A stretch of 64,000 nucleotides of DNA from an uncultured delta proteobacterium (GCA_963711565.1 CAVQEQ010000003.1:256001-320000), one strand, 5' to 3'. Counted from the stretch's first letter, positions 19,799 to 29,488 are shown. Notes: generated by a model not told the origin, from the letters alone. Program-made: numbers and translations.

Positions 19799-21487
19799 AT
19801 GTCCAATCTTCTCGGGAGTGCTGACTGGAGCAAGGATCAGGGATACTGGCGCTACGTCCCGATCGGGGGCGCAGGTTCTGCCATGGAGGGGCGTTTTCTG
19901 CTGCTCGGAGAGTGCTGGAATGTCCACGGCAATCTGCATGTGCGCGCGCCCAGACAGCACGTGATCTCGATTGCGCCGACGCGTTCCGGAAAAGGCGTCT
20001 CGCTGATCATTCCCAACCTGCTCAACTACCGCGGATCCGTTCTCGTCGTCGATCCCAAAGGCGAGAACGCATGGGTGACAGCCGCGTGGCGGCGCCGCGC
20101 GTTCGGCCAGAAAACGGTAATCGTCGATCCATGGAACGAGGTCAATCGCCTGTATGGGTCGGTGGGAGGGAGGCAGGAATCAATTGCAAAGTTCAACCCG
20201 CTCTCGATTCTCGATCCCGGATCGGACGATTTTGTCGAGGACCTTGCCTATCTGGCGGATGCACTGATCATCACCGAGAGCGCGAGGGAACCTTATTTTG
20301 ACAATACCGCCCGCGAGTTGTGGGCTGGCCTCATGGCGTATGTCGTGGAGAGTCCGGCATTCCGTTCTCATGCCTCTCTTGCGCTCGCGCGCAAGCTGCT
20401 CATGAAATCGGATGAAGAATTCGCCCGCACGATACAGTCTGCGATGGACCTCGGTTCTGGCAGTGTGGCGGCCCTGAAGCTCGCACAATTCAGGAATGTG
20501 AAAGAGAGCAACTCGATCATGTCCGTGATCTCGTCCGCGAAGACGCAGACGGCATTCCTGGACAGCCCGGTCCTGAACCAGAGCATGGAAAGTTCGGATT
20601 TCAGCTTTGAGGAGTTATGCGAGGGGAACATCTCGATCTATCTGGTGCTGCCGCCGGACAAGCTGCAAACATACTCGCGGTGGCTGAGGCTCATGATCTC
20701 GATCGCGATCCGCGCGGTCGCGCGCCGCGGCTCGCAAAGCCCGTCGGGACTTCCTGCGCTCTTCGTGCTCGACGAATTCGGGACCATCGGGAAGCTGAAC
20801 GCGGTCGCGCAGGCCTACGGCCTCATGGCCGGGCTTGGCTTGATCATGTGGACCTTCTCGCAGGACCTCAATCAGCTGAAGCGCGACTATCCCGACCATT
20901 GGGAGACATTCATCGGCAATTCGGAAGCAATGACGTGCTTCGGCGTCATGGACAATTTCACGGCGGAATATATCAGCAAGATGCTGGGCACCTCGACGGT
21001 CCAGCAACAGAACGTCTCCTCGACACGCCCTTCATGGGATTCGTCTCTCGAGATTTCGAGCACCGTTTCGACACAGACGATGAGCCGGCCGCTCTTGCAT
21101 CCCGACGAGGTCCGCAACCTGAACGCGGACATTGGCCTGATCATGGGACGCTTTCCGCCGATTTACAGCCGGCGGATCGTGTATCACGAGGATTGGGATT
21201 TCTTGCACCGCGCGCAGGCAGATCCGCACTTTCCTCGTACCGAGAATGTCCGCTGGCGGGCGCTGCAGAGAAGACTCCTCGAGATGGGTTCGGTCGCGCG
21301 ACTGCTCAAGGAGTATGGGTCCGAGGTAAAAGCGCTGCGGCGCGGACAATGGGAAGTGACAAACGCTCACGGAATGCAGTCGCGCATCTTTGCCAACGCC
21401 GATGACCTATGGAGGTGGACTTACGTGATGATTATGGACGGCGTGGATGCGGCGGAAGCGCAGGCGGGTCTTTCGGGAAAGGGTTAG
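19799..21487 (+). CDS. VirD4/TraG-like type IV coupling protein
   Basis: Walker A APTRSGKG, VDPKGE, FNPL, Walker B LDEF, QDLNQL, RPLLHPDEV; ATG 19799 with AGGAGG RBS. Confidence 0.9.
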   Translation: MSNLLGSADWSKDQGYWRYVPIGGAGSAMEGRFLLLGECWNVHGNLHVRAPRQHVISIAPTRSGKGVSLIIPNLLNYRGSVLVVDPKGENAWVTAAWRRRAFGQKTVIVDPWNEVNRLYGSVGGRQESIAKFNPLSILDPGSDDFVEDLAYLADALIITESAREPYFDNTARELWAGLMAYVVESPAFRSHASLALARKLLMKSDEEFARTIQSAMDLGSGSVAALKLAQFRNVKESNSIMSVISSAKTQTAFLDSPVLNQSMESSDFSFEELCEGNISIYLVLPPDKLQTYSRWLRLMISIAIRAVARRGSQSPSGLPALFVLDEFGTIGKLNAVAQAYGLMAGLGLIMWTFSQDLNQLKRDYPDHWETFIGNSEAMTCFGVMDNFTAEYISKMLGTSTVQQQNVSSTRPSWDSSLEISSTVSTQTMSRPLLHPDEVRNLNADIGLIMGRFPPIYSRRIVYHEDWDFLHRAQADPHFPRTENVRWRALQRRLLEMGSVARLLKEYGSEVKALRRGQWEVTNAHGMQSRIFANADDLWRWTYVMIMDGVDAAEAQAGLSGKG

Positions 21488-21642
21488 GGTCCCGACCCGG
21501 CAGGCTGGAGGGATGTGGTCCCGGCGCCCCCTTCTTGTCGACAAGCCCCTTTCTTGTGCGCCCGGCTTCGGGCGCACGCGCGCGCCGCGTTGCAGCGCGC
21601 GGATCTTGCCACGCCCATGGCGTGGCTCGATTCCCTCTTCTT

Positions 21643-22194
21643 TCAGGCCGCTATGGCTCCGAGGGTTCTTCCCAGACTGATCAGAGTGGCGTCACAAGAG
21701 TTTTGCGGGTCCAGGATGATGATTTTGGGTGGTGCATTAGTAGAAATCTTTTCTTGGTGTAGAGTTCCAGCGGGATTTTCCGACTTATAATTTTCGGACG
21801 ATGTTGCGCATGGCAAAGGATCGCGGAATTTGTAGGCGTTGCTGACGCGAATGACCTGCCATCGGCCGATGTAGATTTTGTCGAAGCGGTTGACCCAATC
21901 GAGGATTCCGCTGGCCATCAAGGCCTTGATGGCTTCATAGACGGTATCGCGGCAACATTCCGCCTTCTCGGCGATAGTCTCGTAGCTCGGATAGCAGCGA
22001 CCGGTGCGGCTGTTGTGGAACTCCCACAGCATGGCTTTCAGCACACGGAGAAAGGCCCAGGTGATGGGGCCTTGATGCTGACCTTCCCGCCGGTGCCTGG
22101 CGTTGTAGCCTTTGGCGTAGGCGAAGATGCGGGCTTTGGCATTTCTATCGAGCGGGATGCCCGGCGTTTCGCGGAATACTTTTTCTCTCGGCAT
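21643..22194 (-). CDS. Helix-turn-helix replication-initiator-like protein
   Basis: TGRCYPSYETIAEKAECCRDTVYEAIKALMASGIL wHTH and SNAY motif typical of alphaproteobacterial plasmid Rep-like proteins. Confidence 0.75.
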   Translation of the reverse strand: MPREKVFRETPGIPLDRNAKARIFAYAKGYNARHRREGQHQGPITWAFLRVLKAMLWEFHNSRTGRCYPSYETIAEKAECCRDTVYEAIKALMASGILDWVNRFDKIYIGRWQVIRVSNAYKFRDPLPCATSSENYKSENPAGTLHQEKISTNAPPKIIILDPQNSCDATLISLGRTLGAIAA

Positions 22195-22522
22195 GCGATG
22201 CCCCTTTCGGTTGCGTAATAGCAACCTGCGCGGAATAAAGGGGCCATAAAATCGGCGCGAGTTCGCCCCGTCGCGAAAATAGCGATTGACGGGACGGCGA
22301 TTCTGGGGGATTCTCGTGATTACCAGACCACGAAATTCTCCGGCCTCGGCCGATATGCAGCCCGCCCTTCCCGGCGGGTTTGCTATTTCTGGGTCTTGCA
22401 TTCTCCAGATAGTGCGCGAAGCAGGATTGCCAGGCGCAAACACGAATCCTTACCGGATTCGTTTATATAGTCGAGGGAGAAAATGCCGGAGCTTCGGGGT
22501 TGAAGCCCCGGCATTCGGTCTC

Positions 22523-22642
22523 CTAGTAAAGGCCGCGGTCTAGCATCTCCTTGAGCGCGGAGAGGATCTCTTCCTGGTCCGCGATTTCGTCGAGCTCGAA
22601 GGATTCGAGCGGTTCAAGGTCGGTTAGGTGTAATTGGTCCAT
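22523..22642 (-). CDS. Small acidic peptide (39 aa)
   Basis: GGAGA RBS; 12 Asp/Glu vs 2 Lys/Arg. Confidence 0.5.
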   Translation of the reverse strand: MDQLHLTDLEPLESFELDEIADQEEILSALKEMLDRGLY

Positions 22643-22657
22643 GTTTTTCTCCATCTG

Positions 22658-22691
22658 AAAAAATGCGGCCCCGGCGCAATGCCGAGGCCGC
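22658..22691 (-). terminator. Rho-independent terminator after the DUF736 gene
   Basis: GCGGCCTCGGC-loop-GCCGGGGCCGC followed by ATTTTTT on the minus strand. Confidence 0.7.
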
Positions 22692-22698
22692 TGGTTGA

Positions 22699-23025
22699 TT
22701 ATTCCGCGTCTTTCCGGTCCTTGCGGCGTTGACGTTCCCATTCCAGCGTGTATCCGGCCTTCACGTTCTTGCGCAGATAGCTGAAGATGGGACCGGCGAG
22801 CACGGGGGAGTCGAGCACGACCAGGGTGTATTCACCGCGCTTGTTCTCCCGGTCAAACGCTGCGCCGATTTCCATGTCATCGAGGATGACAAGATAATTC
22901 GGGGCCTTGGCGTTGTCAGAATCGACGGGCTGAAGGTGGATTTTCTTCGGCTCGATGCCGATGCCGGAGAGCGTACCCAGAAAGCCGCCGTCCTGTTGCT
23001 TGGTCAGTTTTGCGATCGTAGTCAT
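22699..23025 (-). CDS. DUF736 family protein
   Basis: MTTIAKL...GFLGTL...APNY...EIGAAF...LDSP...LEWER pattern; GAAAGGA RBS. Confidence 0.85.
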   Translation of the reverse strand: MTTIAKLTKQQDGGFLGTLSGIGIEPKKIHLQPVDSDNAKAPNYLVILDDMEIGAAFDRENKRGEYTLVVLDSPVLAGPIFSYLRKNVKAGYTLEWERQRRKDRKDAE

Positions 23026-23189
23026 GATGGTTTTCCTTTCGTTTCTTGAGTCCGCCCAATGCGGCCTCGACAGCAAACGGCCAACCCCTTGCCCTCTGCT
23101 GGTCAACACCCGGAGCAAAGCGGAGGGCTTGGGAATTTTGCAGCGAAGCGGCGGGCGAGGAGACCCCAGCGAAGCGGGTCGGGGAAAAT

Positions 23190-23218
23190 TTTTGTTGACT
23201 TCCTTCAAGTCAACAAAA
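23190..23218. repeat. Perfect 12-bp inverted repeat in a structured leader upstream of DUF736
   Basis: TTTTGTTGACTT-CCTTC-AAGTCAACAAAA. Confidence 0.7.
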
Positions 23219-23511
23219 CCCGTGGGGCGCCACAGGCGATTTTGTAGCGTAGCGATCGCGAGGAATCGCGCGTGCGCGAGGGGAAAATTCCTGTTTACCG
23301 GCAGAGAGCACGGGGTTAGTTTGCGTGCGTCGAGGATGCAATTGGGGGTAGGACTCAAAGACCGAAAGGGAAATAGTCAGGACGGCCACGATTGCAAGGC
23401 TGACGAACAAAAAGGATGGCGGCATGTGGGTGCGCGACTCTGGTACGAGCATTCAGACGGGAAAAATCTGGCTTCGGTTCGGTGGGGATGATGATGGCGA
23501 GGCCCGACCTG

Positions 23512-24180
23512 TTACGCGGCTTCCTCGGGGACAGGGATATCGTCCGTAGCTTTTTTGAGCCGGAGACAAGCGGTTCGGTGGTGCACCCGGTCGAGTTCGA
23601 TGCCAACGTATCGCCGCCCCGCATTCTGCGCTGCGATGAGCGTGGAGCCGGAACCGCAGAATGGATCCAGAACGACGCCGCCGGCAGGACAGAAAGCGTG
23701 GATAAGCGGTTCCAGGGCCTCGATCGGCTTTTGCGTGGGGTGCAGCAGATTTCCGGAATAGGGAAAATCAATGACATCTGAAATCGGCTCTGAGGTGCGA
23801 GGCATCGGACCTTTGCAGAGCAGATAGGCCTGCTCATGCTGGTACAGGAGCAAGCGCCGCGCGGAAGCGTAAGGCTTTCGGAAAACGATATGGCCGACGG
23901 GCCAAAGCCCGGCCGCCCGCCAGGCGGTCATGAAGACGTCGGCCATATGCCATCCGTAGAAGCTGACGCATAGCGTCGATGCTTTCATGACGCGATGGAC
24001 CTGGCTGAAGGCTGGCGCGAGCCATGCGTCATCGTCGTCGTTTGCGATCGAACGGCCGGAGCGGTCACGGTAGTTGACCAAATATGGCGGGTCCGTCAGG
24101 ACGAAATCGACACTCTCGGCCGCCAGTCCGCTCATGAGCGAGACGCAGTCGCCGTGCAGAATGGTGTTGGTGCGGTTCAT
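23512..24180 (-). CDS. Orphan DNA amino-methyltransferase (beta class, plasmid leading-region type)
   Basis: TDPPY motif IV, HPTQKP, DPFCGSGST motif I; ATG 24180 coupled to the upstream stop. Confidence 0.93.
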   Translation of the reverse strand: MNRTNTILHGDCVSLMSGLAAESVDFVLTDPPYLVNYRDRSGRSIANDDDDAWLAPAFSQVHRVMKASTLCVSFYGWHMADVFMTAWRAAGLWPVGHIVFRKPYASARRLLLYQHEQAYLLCKGPMPRTSEPISDVIDFPYSGNLLHPTQKPIEALEPLIHAFCPAGGVVLDPFCGSGSTLIAAQNAGRRYVGIELDRVHHRTACLRLKKATDDIPVPEEAA

Positions 24181-24362
24181 CCTGCACCGCCTTTCTTGGT
24201 GCGACGACGGAGCTTGGCTACTATGCGTAAGATGGATTGGATTTCGTCTTCGAGCTGGCTTAGGGCCTGAGCGAAGTCGTCTTTGTGGTCGCGAGAATCG
24301 ACAAGCTCCAGTGCGCAAAGAGCCAGCGATTCGAGGAGTTCGAGCATTTTTAGTTTTTTCAT
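24177..24362 (-). CDS. Small hypothetical protein
   Basis: Translationally coupled (ATGA overlaps) in the operon with the MTase. Confidence 0.6.
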   Translation of the reverse strand: MKKLKMLELLESLALCALELVDSRDHKDDFAQALSQLEDEIQSILRIVAKLRRRTKKGGAG

Positions 24363-24937
24363 ACTGCACCCCCTTTCGCCTGGGCGATGGCGGCGTGGGT
24401 CGCATCAAAAATATCGGCTGGCATTTCATCGTCATCGGTGTGCGCGGTGCTTTGCCACCAGTGCATAACGGACTCAAGCGCCTCAAGCAGTTTTGGTGCG
24501 GTAAGTTGCAGCCGATATTCATCGGTTTGCCAGACGAGATGCTGTTGGCCGTGTTCGTCAGTGATAACGATTTCGCGGACGCAGTAGCCTTCGGCGATGG
24601 GCTCTAGGTCTTCTGCCGAGAAGCTCGGACCCTCGTTGTATTTATGTGCTGCGCGCAGGGCCTTTGTAGGTGACGTTGTATGGAAGATTTCAGTTACCCA
24701 GCCCGCAGGGGTGTTGAAGGTGGCCATGTATGGAGTGGTGCGGAAGCTGGAGACAGGGCCTCTGTAGTTGCAGCTTGAGCAGATGGCGTGACTTTCATCG
24801 CCCCATTCATGGTCGCCATTGTGAGCAAGGTCTGGGTCTGTGCCGTCGTGAGTCAGGCGAACCCAGATCGCGGCGAGAATGTCGATCGAGTCATCCCGAC
24901 AGCATTTCGGGCAGCGAAGGTCGAATTGGTTGCTCAT
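24359..24937 (-). CDS. Hypothetical protein with CxxC...CxxC zinc-ribbon-like N-terminus
   Basis: CPKC...CSSC; coupled operon gene. Confidence 0.7.
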   Translation of the reverse strand: MSNQFDLRCPKCCRDDSIDILAAIWVRLTHDGTDPDLAHNGDHEWGDESHAICSSCNYRGPVSSFRTTPYMATFNTPAGWVTEIFHTTSPTKALRAAHKYNEGPSFSAEDLEPIAEGYCVREIVITDEHGQQHLVWQTDEYRLQLTAPKLLEALESVMHWWQSTAHTDDDEMPADIFDATHAAIAQAKGGAV

Positions 24938-25326
24938 GCCGCACCGCCTTTCCGGCGAGCGGGAACAGCGCGCTTGATCACGGCGTCGCAGAGGGCGGCG
25001 ATGCGATAGCTGTCCGTGCCTAGGCTCGGAACTCTGAAGCGCGGGGCGGTGTCGAGAGCTGCGGACGCTTGCTGGAGTACCGCGAGCAGGTCCTCAACGA
25101 GGTCCGGATTCTGGACCAATGTGCGTTCGTCGGCCCGTTCCTCTGCATAGCCGTCGCGGGCGCTGGTGAGTGCGGCTTCGAAGTCGAAGTTGTGGACATC
25201 GCCGAAGTGCATAAGGTCGCGGAGCAAATCGCTAAGGCTGTCCTCGTAGTCGCATTTGGTTTCGCGGCGAAAGCCCTCCAAGGCGTTGCGAGCCCATTCA
25301 GCACGATCTTTATTCGTGACTGTCAT
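24934..25326 (-). CDS. Hypothetical protein
   Basis: MTVTNKDRAEWA...DLLRDLMH; GAAAGGA RBS; first gene of the coupled operon. Confidence 0.7.
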   Translation of the reverse strand: MTVTNKDRAEWARNALEGFRRETKCDYEDSLSDLLRDLMHFGDVHNFDFEAALTSARDGYAEERADERTLVQNPDLVEDLLAVLQQASAALDTAPRFRVPSLGTDSYRIAALCDAVIKRAVPARRKGGAA

Positions 25327-25532
25327 CTGATTTTCCTTTCCAGTTGTGTCGGCCTCCACCATGGGGCCCCACAGCGAAGCGGGCCTCTGGTGGAGGCCGG
25401 AAAGGTCATTAGGGCACGCAGGCGTTGGACATTTTGCGACTGGCAGAGCGACCGGGGATTAGCTTTCGTAGTGGCAATCTATTTCAATAACTTATCCCGT
25501 GATCTAGAATGTAATCAGTTCAGGAGAACTAT

Positions 25533-26117
25533 ATGGCGTCCGATGAGTTAGAATTAAGCGTCGAAGTTGAAGGCGAGCACACTCCTGACGTTCCGGCTCA
25601 ACTTTCCAAGCTCACCCCGCAGCAGTTCAATTTGCTTCTGTCATTCCGTGCCAGAACGCAAGCATATCGACAGAGTGTTTCAGATCCTGCGGGCCTTCAA
25701 ACGTTTAAGATTGTCTCCGACTTTTTGTCAGCGGAAGAACGAGCTTTACTTGCATTGCTTTCGGATGTGGAACTTTCTCCTTTTGACGACAAAAATGAGC
25801 TACCGTGGGCACCCAAAGCTGACGATGAATTCCCTTGGGCTGGGAGCGGTAAAAACTTCCTCATACGTCTGATAAAGGGAAAATTGGCCACCCTCAAGGG
25901 CGGCAAGATATACGTCGTACCAGCAACATCGCGGGAGAAAGAGATGCCAAAGCAAGAATCGATGACCGCCAGCGAGCTTGTCGCTCGAATTATTGCCGAA
26001 ATGGATGGCGTCTCCGTGGAAACAATAACGCCTGAATATATACAAGCCTACAAATCGACGGTGACCAAACGCATGGATAAACACAAACGTGATAACCCGG
26101 ACAAGTTTCTGCCGTAA
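25533..26117 (+). CDS. Hypothetical protein (AT-richer cassette)
   Basis: AGGAG RBS; 194 aa. Confidence 0.7.
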   Translation: MASDELELSVEVEGEHTPDVPAQLSKLTPQQFNLLLSFRARTQAYRQSVSDPAGLQTFKIVSDFLSAEERALLALLSDVELSPFDDKNELPWAPKADDEFPWAGSGKNFLIRLIKGKLATLKGGKIYVVPATSREKEMPKQESMTASELVARIIAEMDGVSVETITPEYIQAYKSTVTKRMDKHKRDNPDKFLP

Positions 26118-26839
26118 TGCCTCCAAAACCTCTGGATGATGGCGTCCTCGACTTAGTGATTTCCGCCAGCAACCGATTTGTAGAAGCCTTCGAAGAAAAA
26201 AAGGAAATTGAGGGGAAGACTAATCGGAAGTCTGTTGACTCACTTATCTGTGATTACAAGTTTTTCCTCGGCACCGTCTTTGAGCATAGCAGCAAGGAAG
26301 TCACTGTCGAGAATCAGAAAACTGCGGTTGAGAACTGCGTCAAAGACCTCTTTACAAGCATCCGGAACTTTTATCTCGCAGAGATGCGTCATCTGACAAA
26401 ATCCTGCAAGAAGCTTTTAAAGACATATCAAGGTGCACTGGACAAAAACCGCAGAATGCGGGGTCTGGCTAGTGCTCCGAAATCTCTAGCAATCCAGGCG
26501 CGCATCACTGACGCAGATGAAAAGCTCAAGGAGATCGAAGCGGCAGAGATACCCGATCTGAAAAGCGCATGGAAAACGGTTTTCACTTCATGGAACCAAC
26601 CCTTGGAGGATACCGCCAAAGCTATAGTCCAAATGGACGAGATACTTGAAAAAATATACAAATACGTAAGTGATAGAACCAAGACAAGATGGCAAAAGGC
26701 TGCTTTTGGTCTGGGTCTCGTGACTCTATTGTTCGGTGGCGGACTGGTCACTTCAAACTACAGCAGAATCTCGAGTTCGGCAGACAAAGCTATAGGCGTA
26801 ATTATTCATCCCCCGCAGCCACCCGGCCCAACAAAGTGA
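26117..26839 (+). CDS. Hypothetical helical protein with C-terminal transmembrane segment
   Basis: TAATG coupling; AAFGLGLVTLLFGGGLV hydrophobic segment. Confidence 0.7.
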   Translation: MPPKPLDDGVLDLVISASNRFVEAFEEKKEIEGKTNRKSVDSLICDYKFFLGTVFEHSSKEVTVENQKTAVENCVKDLFTSIRNFYLAEMRHLTKSCKKLLKTYQGALDKNRRMRGLASAPKSLAIQARITDADEKLKEIEAAEIPDLKSAWKTVFTSWNQPLEDTAKAIVQMDEILEKIYKYVSDRTKTRWQKAAFGLGLVTLLFGGGLVTSNYSRISSSADKAIGVIIHPPQPPGPTK

Positions 26840-27061
26840 ATGGCTGACGAAGGGTTCTTCATCGACATGTCAGGTCGGTACTTGGGCGAGGTCGTTTACG
26901 ACGATAGGTTGATGTTCAACCGCGCCACCCCGTACAGATCGACCAACTTCGGTTCGCGTGGTAACTACGGGAATGTCGGAAACTACGGCAATCCCGGAAA
27001 CCACGGAAGCATTGGAACTGTCGGAGGTTATGACGATGTCAAAGCCGATTGGTTGCGTTGA
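26840..27061 (+). CDS. Small Gly/Asn-rich protein (possibly truncated)
   Basis: SGRYLGEV and GNYGNVGNYGNPGNHG repeats. Confidence 0.45.
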   Translation: MADEGFFIDMSGRYLGEVVYDDRLMFNRATPYRSTNFGSRGNYGNVGNYGNPGNHGSIGTVGGYDDVKADWLR

Positions 27062-27103
27062 ACCACCGTCACTGTCAGGGCCGCGCTAGCCACAAATCCT
27101 CCG

Positions 27104-27874
27104 CTAGCTTTGGAAGAATCCCGGCGGGTATTGCGCCGAATATTCGGCGCCGTTCACGTCGTAGAACCAGACCCTTACGGCTGCAGTTTGTGCGGTCGAG
27201 AGATCTCCGATCCGGTTCCTGGGACCGTGGTACAGAAGCCAGCCCGACTTCTTACCGCCTTTCACGATGACAGTCTCGTCGCGGAGCAGATTGCCGCCGC
27301 TTCTGCCGGCAAAATCTTCGGTCGATTCGCTGAGCCCCCCTTCCGTAAAGATGAACCTCACATGCGGAGGCGTGACAACTTCCAGTTTCCAGCGGTCAAC
27401 GGCGCCTGCCGCACCCGTGTTCCGGATGGTCATGAGTACGAATAGCTTGATCCAATCAGGCTGCTGATGGTCGCCCTCTACCTGTACTTTCAGGATTTCT
27501 CCCGCAAATTCAGGGCGATCCGCCTTTAGCGCCTTCCGAAATTCATTGCGAGCCGTTTCGAGTTCCGAGAGAAGCCGCCTGTTCTCTTCTCTCTGCCGTT
27601 CATGCACTTCCGACGCCTCGCGCACAAAACCTATCGCGAACTCGGCCATCGCGAGAAAGGCGTAGGTCAAGATTCCTGCCAGAATGCCCCATAAGGTTGC
27701 ATTCAAGGCTCTCAGCCCAAACTCCCACTGAAACCAAAAGCCGACGATGACAGCGGCGATACTTATGCCTCCCTTCGTCCAGGAGAGCAGAGTCGTTCTC
27801 TGCCGGGCGCCGAGGGCCACGTTATGCCAGAAGCTTTTCCTCATATTCGGTGTACGCGGTAATGAGCGAGGCAA
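27104..27874 (-). CDS. Membrane protein, two N-terminal TM helices + coiled coil + beta-rich domain
   Basis: Two hydrophobic segments; begins 3 nt after the rmuC stop. Confidence 0.7.
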   Translation of the reverse strand: MPRSLPRTPNMRKSFWHNVALGARQRTTLLSWTKGGISIAAVIVGFWFQWEFGLRALNATLWGILAGILTYAFLAMAEFAIGFVREASEVHERQREENRRLLSELETARNEFRKALKADRPEFAGEILKVQVEGDHQQPDWIKLFVLMTIRNTGAAGAVDRWKLEVVTPPHVRFIFTEGGLSESTEDFAGRSGGNLLRDETVIVKGGKKSGWLLYHGPRNRIGDLSTAQTAAVRVWFYDVNGAEYSAQYPPGFFQS

Positions 27875-27877
27875 CTT

Positions 27878-29488
27878 TTATTCTTCTGTTGCGATCTCTT
27901 CTTCCTCGTCAATTTCAGCTAGCGCCGGGCCTAGAAGGATTTGCGCGGTATCGTCCGGTAACTTTTCTACACTACGCAATTTCCGGTTCATGGTGCGGGT
28001 GCGGGCACCGAGATTTTCCACCGATTTTGCGGCGGTGCTAAGCTGCTTCGACAGTTTATCGACAACCTCATTGTATTTGCCGAATTCGTTACTGACCGCG
28101 CCAAGAATCTGCCAGACTTCGCTCGAACGCTTCTCGATCGCTAGAGAACGGAAGCCCATCTGAAGTGCATTCAGCAAGGCCATGAACGTCGTCGGCCCGG
28201 TCAGGGTTACATGATAGTCGCGCTGAAGCTGCTCGAAGAATCCTGGCCGCCGGAGAACCTCCGCATAGAGACTTTCCGTTGGCAGAAAAAGGATTGCGAA
28301 TTCCGTCGTTCGCGGCGTTGCTATGTATTTCTCCCTGATCGTCTTGGCACACTGGCGGATTCGGCACTCAAGGTCTTTGGCGGCCTGCGCAACAGCGTCA
28401 GAATCCCCCAGCTCAGCGGCAGCAATGAGCCGCTCATAGTCCTCTAGCGGGAATTTAGCATCCACCGGCAAGAGGACCTCACCGTCGGAATCACGGCCGG
28501 GCAATCTGATGGCGAATTCGACTCTTTCCTGACTGTTTTCCTTGATCTGCGCATTCTTGATGAATTGTTCCGGCGACAAGAACTGCTCCAGTATCGTGGC
28601 AAGCTGAACCTCGCCGAAGGTTCCACGAACCCGGACATTGGAAAGCACCTTCTTGAGGTCTCCTACGCCAGCCGCCAGAGATTGCATCTCACCAATGCCT
28701 TTATGAACGCGTTCCAGCTGCTCGACCACGCGGTTGAAGGATTCGCCCAGCCGGTTTTCCAAGGTTGATTGCAGCTTTTCATCGACGGTTCGGCGCATCT
28801 CATCCAGCTTGGCGGCATTCTCGGTGCGGATAGCATCGAGGCGGCCTTCGACCGTTTGCTTGAGTGTCTCTTGCGCGCGCCCGTGTTTCTCGGATAGGTC
28901 CGAAAGAGCCGTTGTAACATTTTCAAGGCGTTCCTTCTGATGCTCGCCGAGCTGGCTGAGCGTATCGGCGACGTTGGCTCCAAGCTTGCGAAAGCTGCCT
29001 GTCATCTCTTCTCGCAGCTCCTTGGCAGCGGTCGCCTGCTTTGCCGCCGCATCGTCGAGTTTTGTCTCGATAGTCTGCCTCAGCGTATCTCGGTTGCGAG
29101 TCGCCTCATCGCCCATCCGTTTAATATCCTGGTCCAGCTTAGCGGCGATGGCAGCTGCGCGGTCGTCGATGACCTTGACGCCGGTGTCGAGCCTGCCGCC
29201 GAATTCCTTCACCTGCGCTCCGAGCCCTTCGCCGAGCTCGCGGAAGCCCTTGAGAGTCGTTTCCTGAAAGCCTCTCAAGTTCTCGCCCAGCTCTTGCCTC
29301 AACGCGCGCGCCTGTTCGTCGCCAGATTTGCGGATTTGGTCAGTTTCATTCCGCAATAGCTGGGAGACTTGCTCGGCGGTCAGTGCAGCTTCCGAGGGCG
29401 AACGCACGGCGCGGAGAAATGTGAGCAGAGAAAACAACGCGGCCGTCCCGGCAAATGAAATGATGATGATGGTTGTCAAATCTGTCAT
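27878..29488 (-). CDS. rmuC: RmuC-family protein (TM anchor, coiled coil, restriction-endonuclease-like fold)
   Basis: TVDEKLQSTLE.RLGESF, VHKGIGEMQSLA, RGTFGEVQL, PVDAKFP, FLPTESLYAE, SLAIEKRSSEVW. Confidence 0.93.
   Translation of the reverse strand: MTDLTTIIIISFAGTAALFSLLTFLRAVRSPSEAALTAEQVSQLLRNETDQIRKSGDEQARALRQELGENLRGFQETTLKGFRELGEGLGAQVKEFGGRLDTGVKVIDDRAAAIAAKLDQDIKRMGDEATRNRDTLRQTIETKLDDAAAKQATAAKELREEMTGSFRKLGANVADTLSQLGEHQKERLENVTTALSDLSEKHGRAQETLKQTVEGRLDAIRTENAAKLDEMRRTVDEKLQSTLENRLGESFNRVVEQLERVHKGIGEMQSLAAGVGDLKKVLSNVRVRGTFGEVQLATILEQFLSPEQFIKNAQIKENSQERVEFAIRLPGRDSDGEVLLPVDAKFPLEDYERLIAAAELGDSDAVAQAAKDLECRIRQCAKTIREKYIATPRTTEFAILFLPTESLYAEVLRRPGFFEQLQRDYHVTLTGPTTFMALLNALQMGFRSLAIEKRSSEVWQILGAVSNEFGKYNEVVDKLSKQLSTAAKSVENLGARTRTMNRKLRSVEKLPDDTAQILLGPALAEIDEEEEIATEE

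Noticed and set aside
24177-24950. Three consecutive proteins ending in KGGA(A/V/G), suggesting a shared C-terminal tag or Ubl-like GG motif
   Set aside because: Explained by the overlapping Shine-Dalgarno (AAAGG..GTGC) and ATGA translational coupling
26955-27010. Short GGNAAY-type repeats
   Set aside because: Codon-level Gly-Asn-x repeats inside an ORF, not a CRISPR or iteron array
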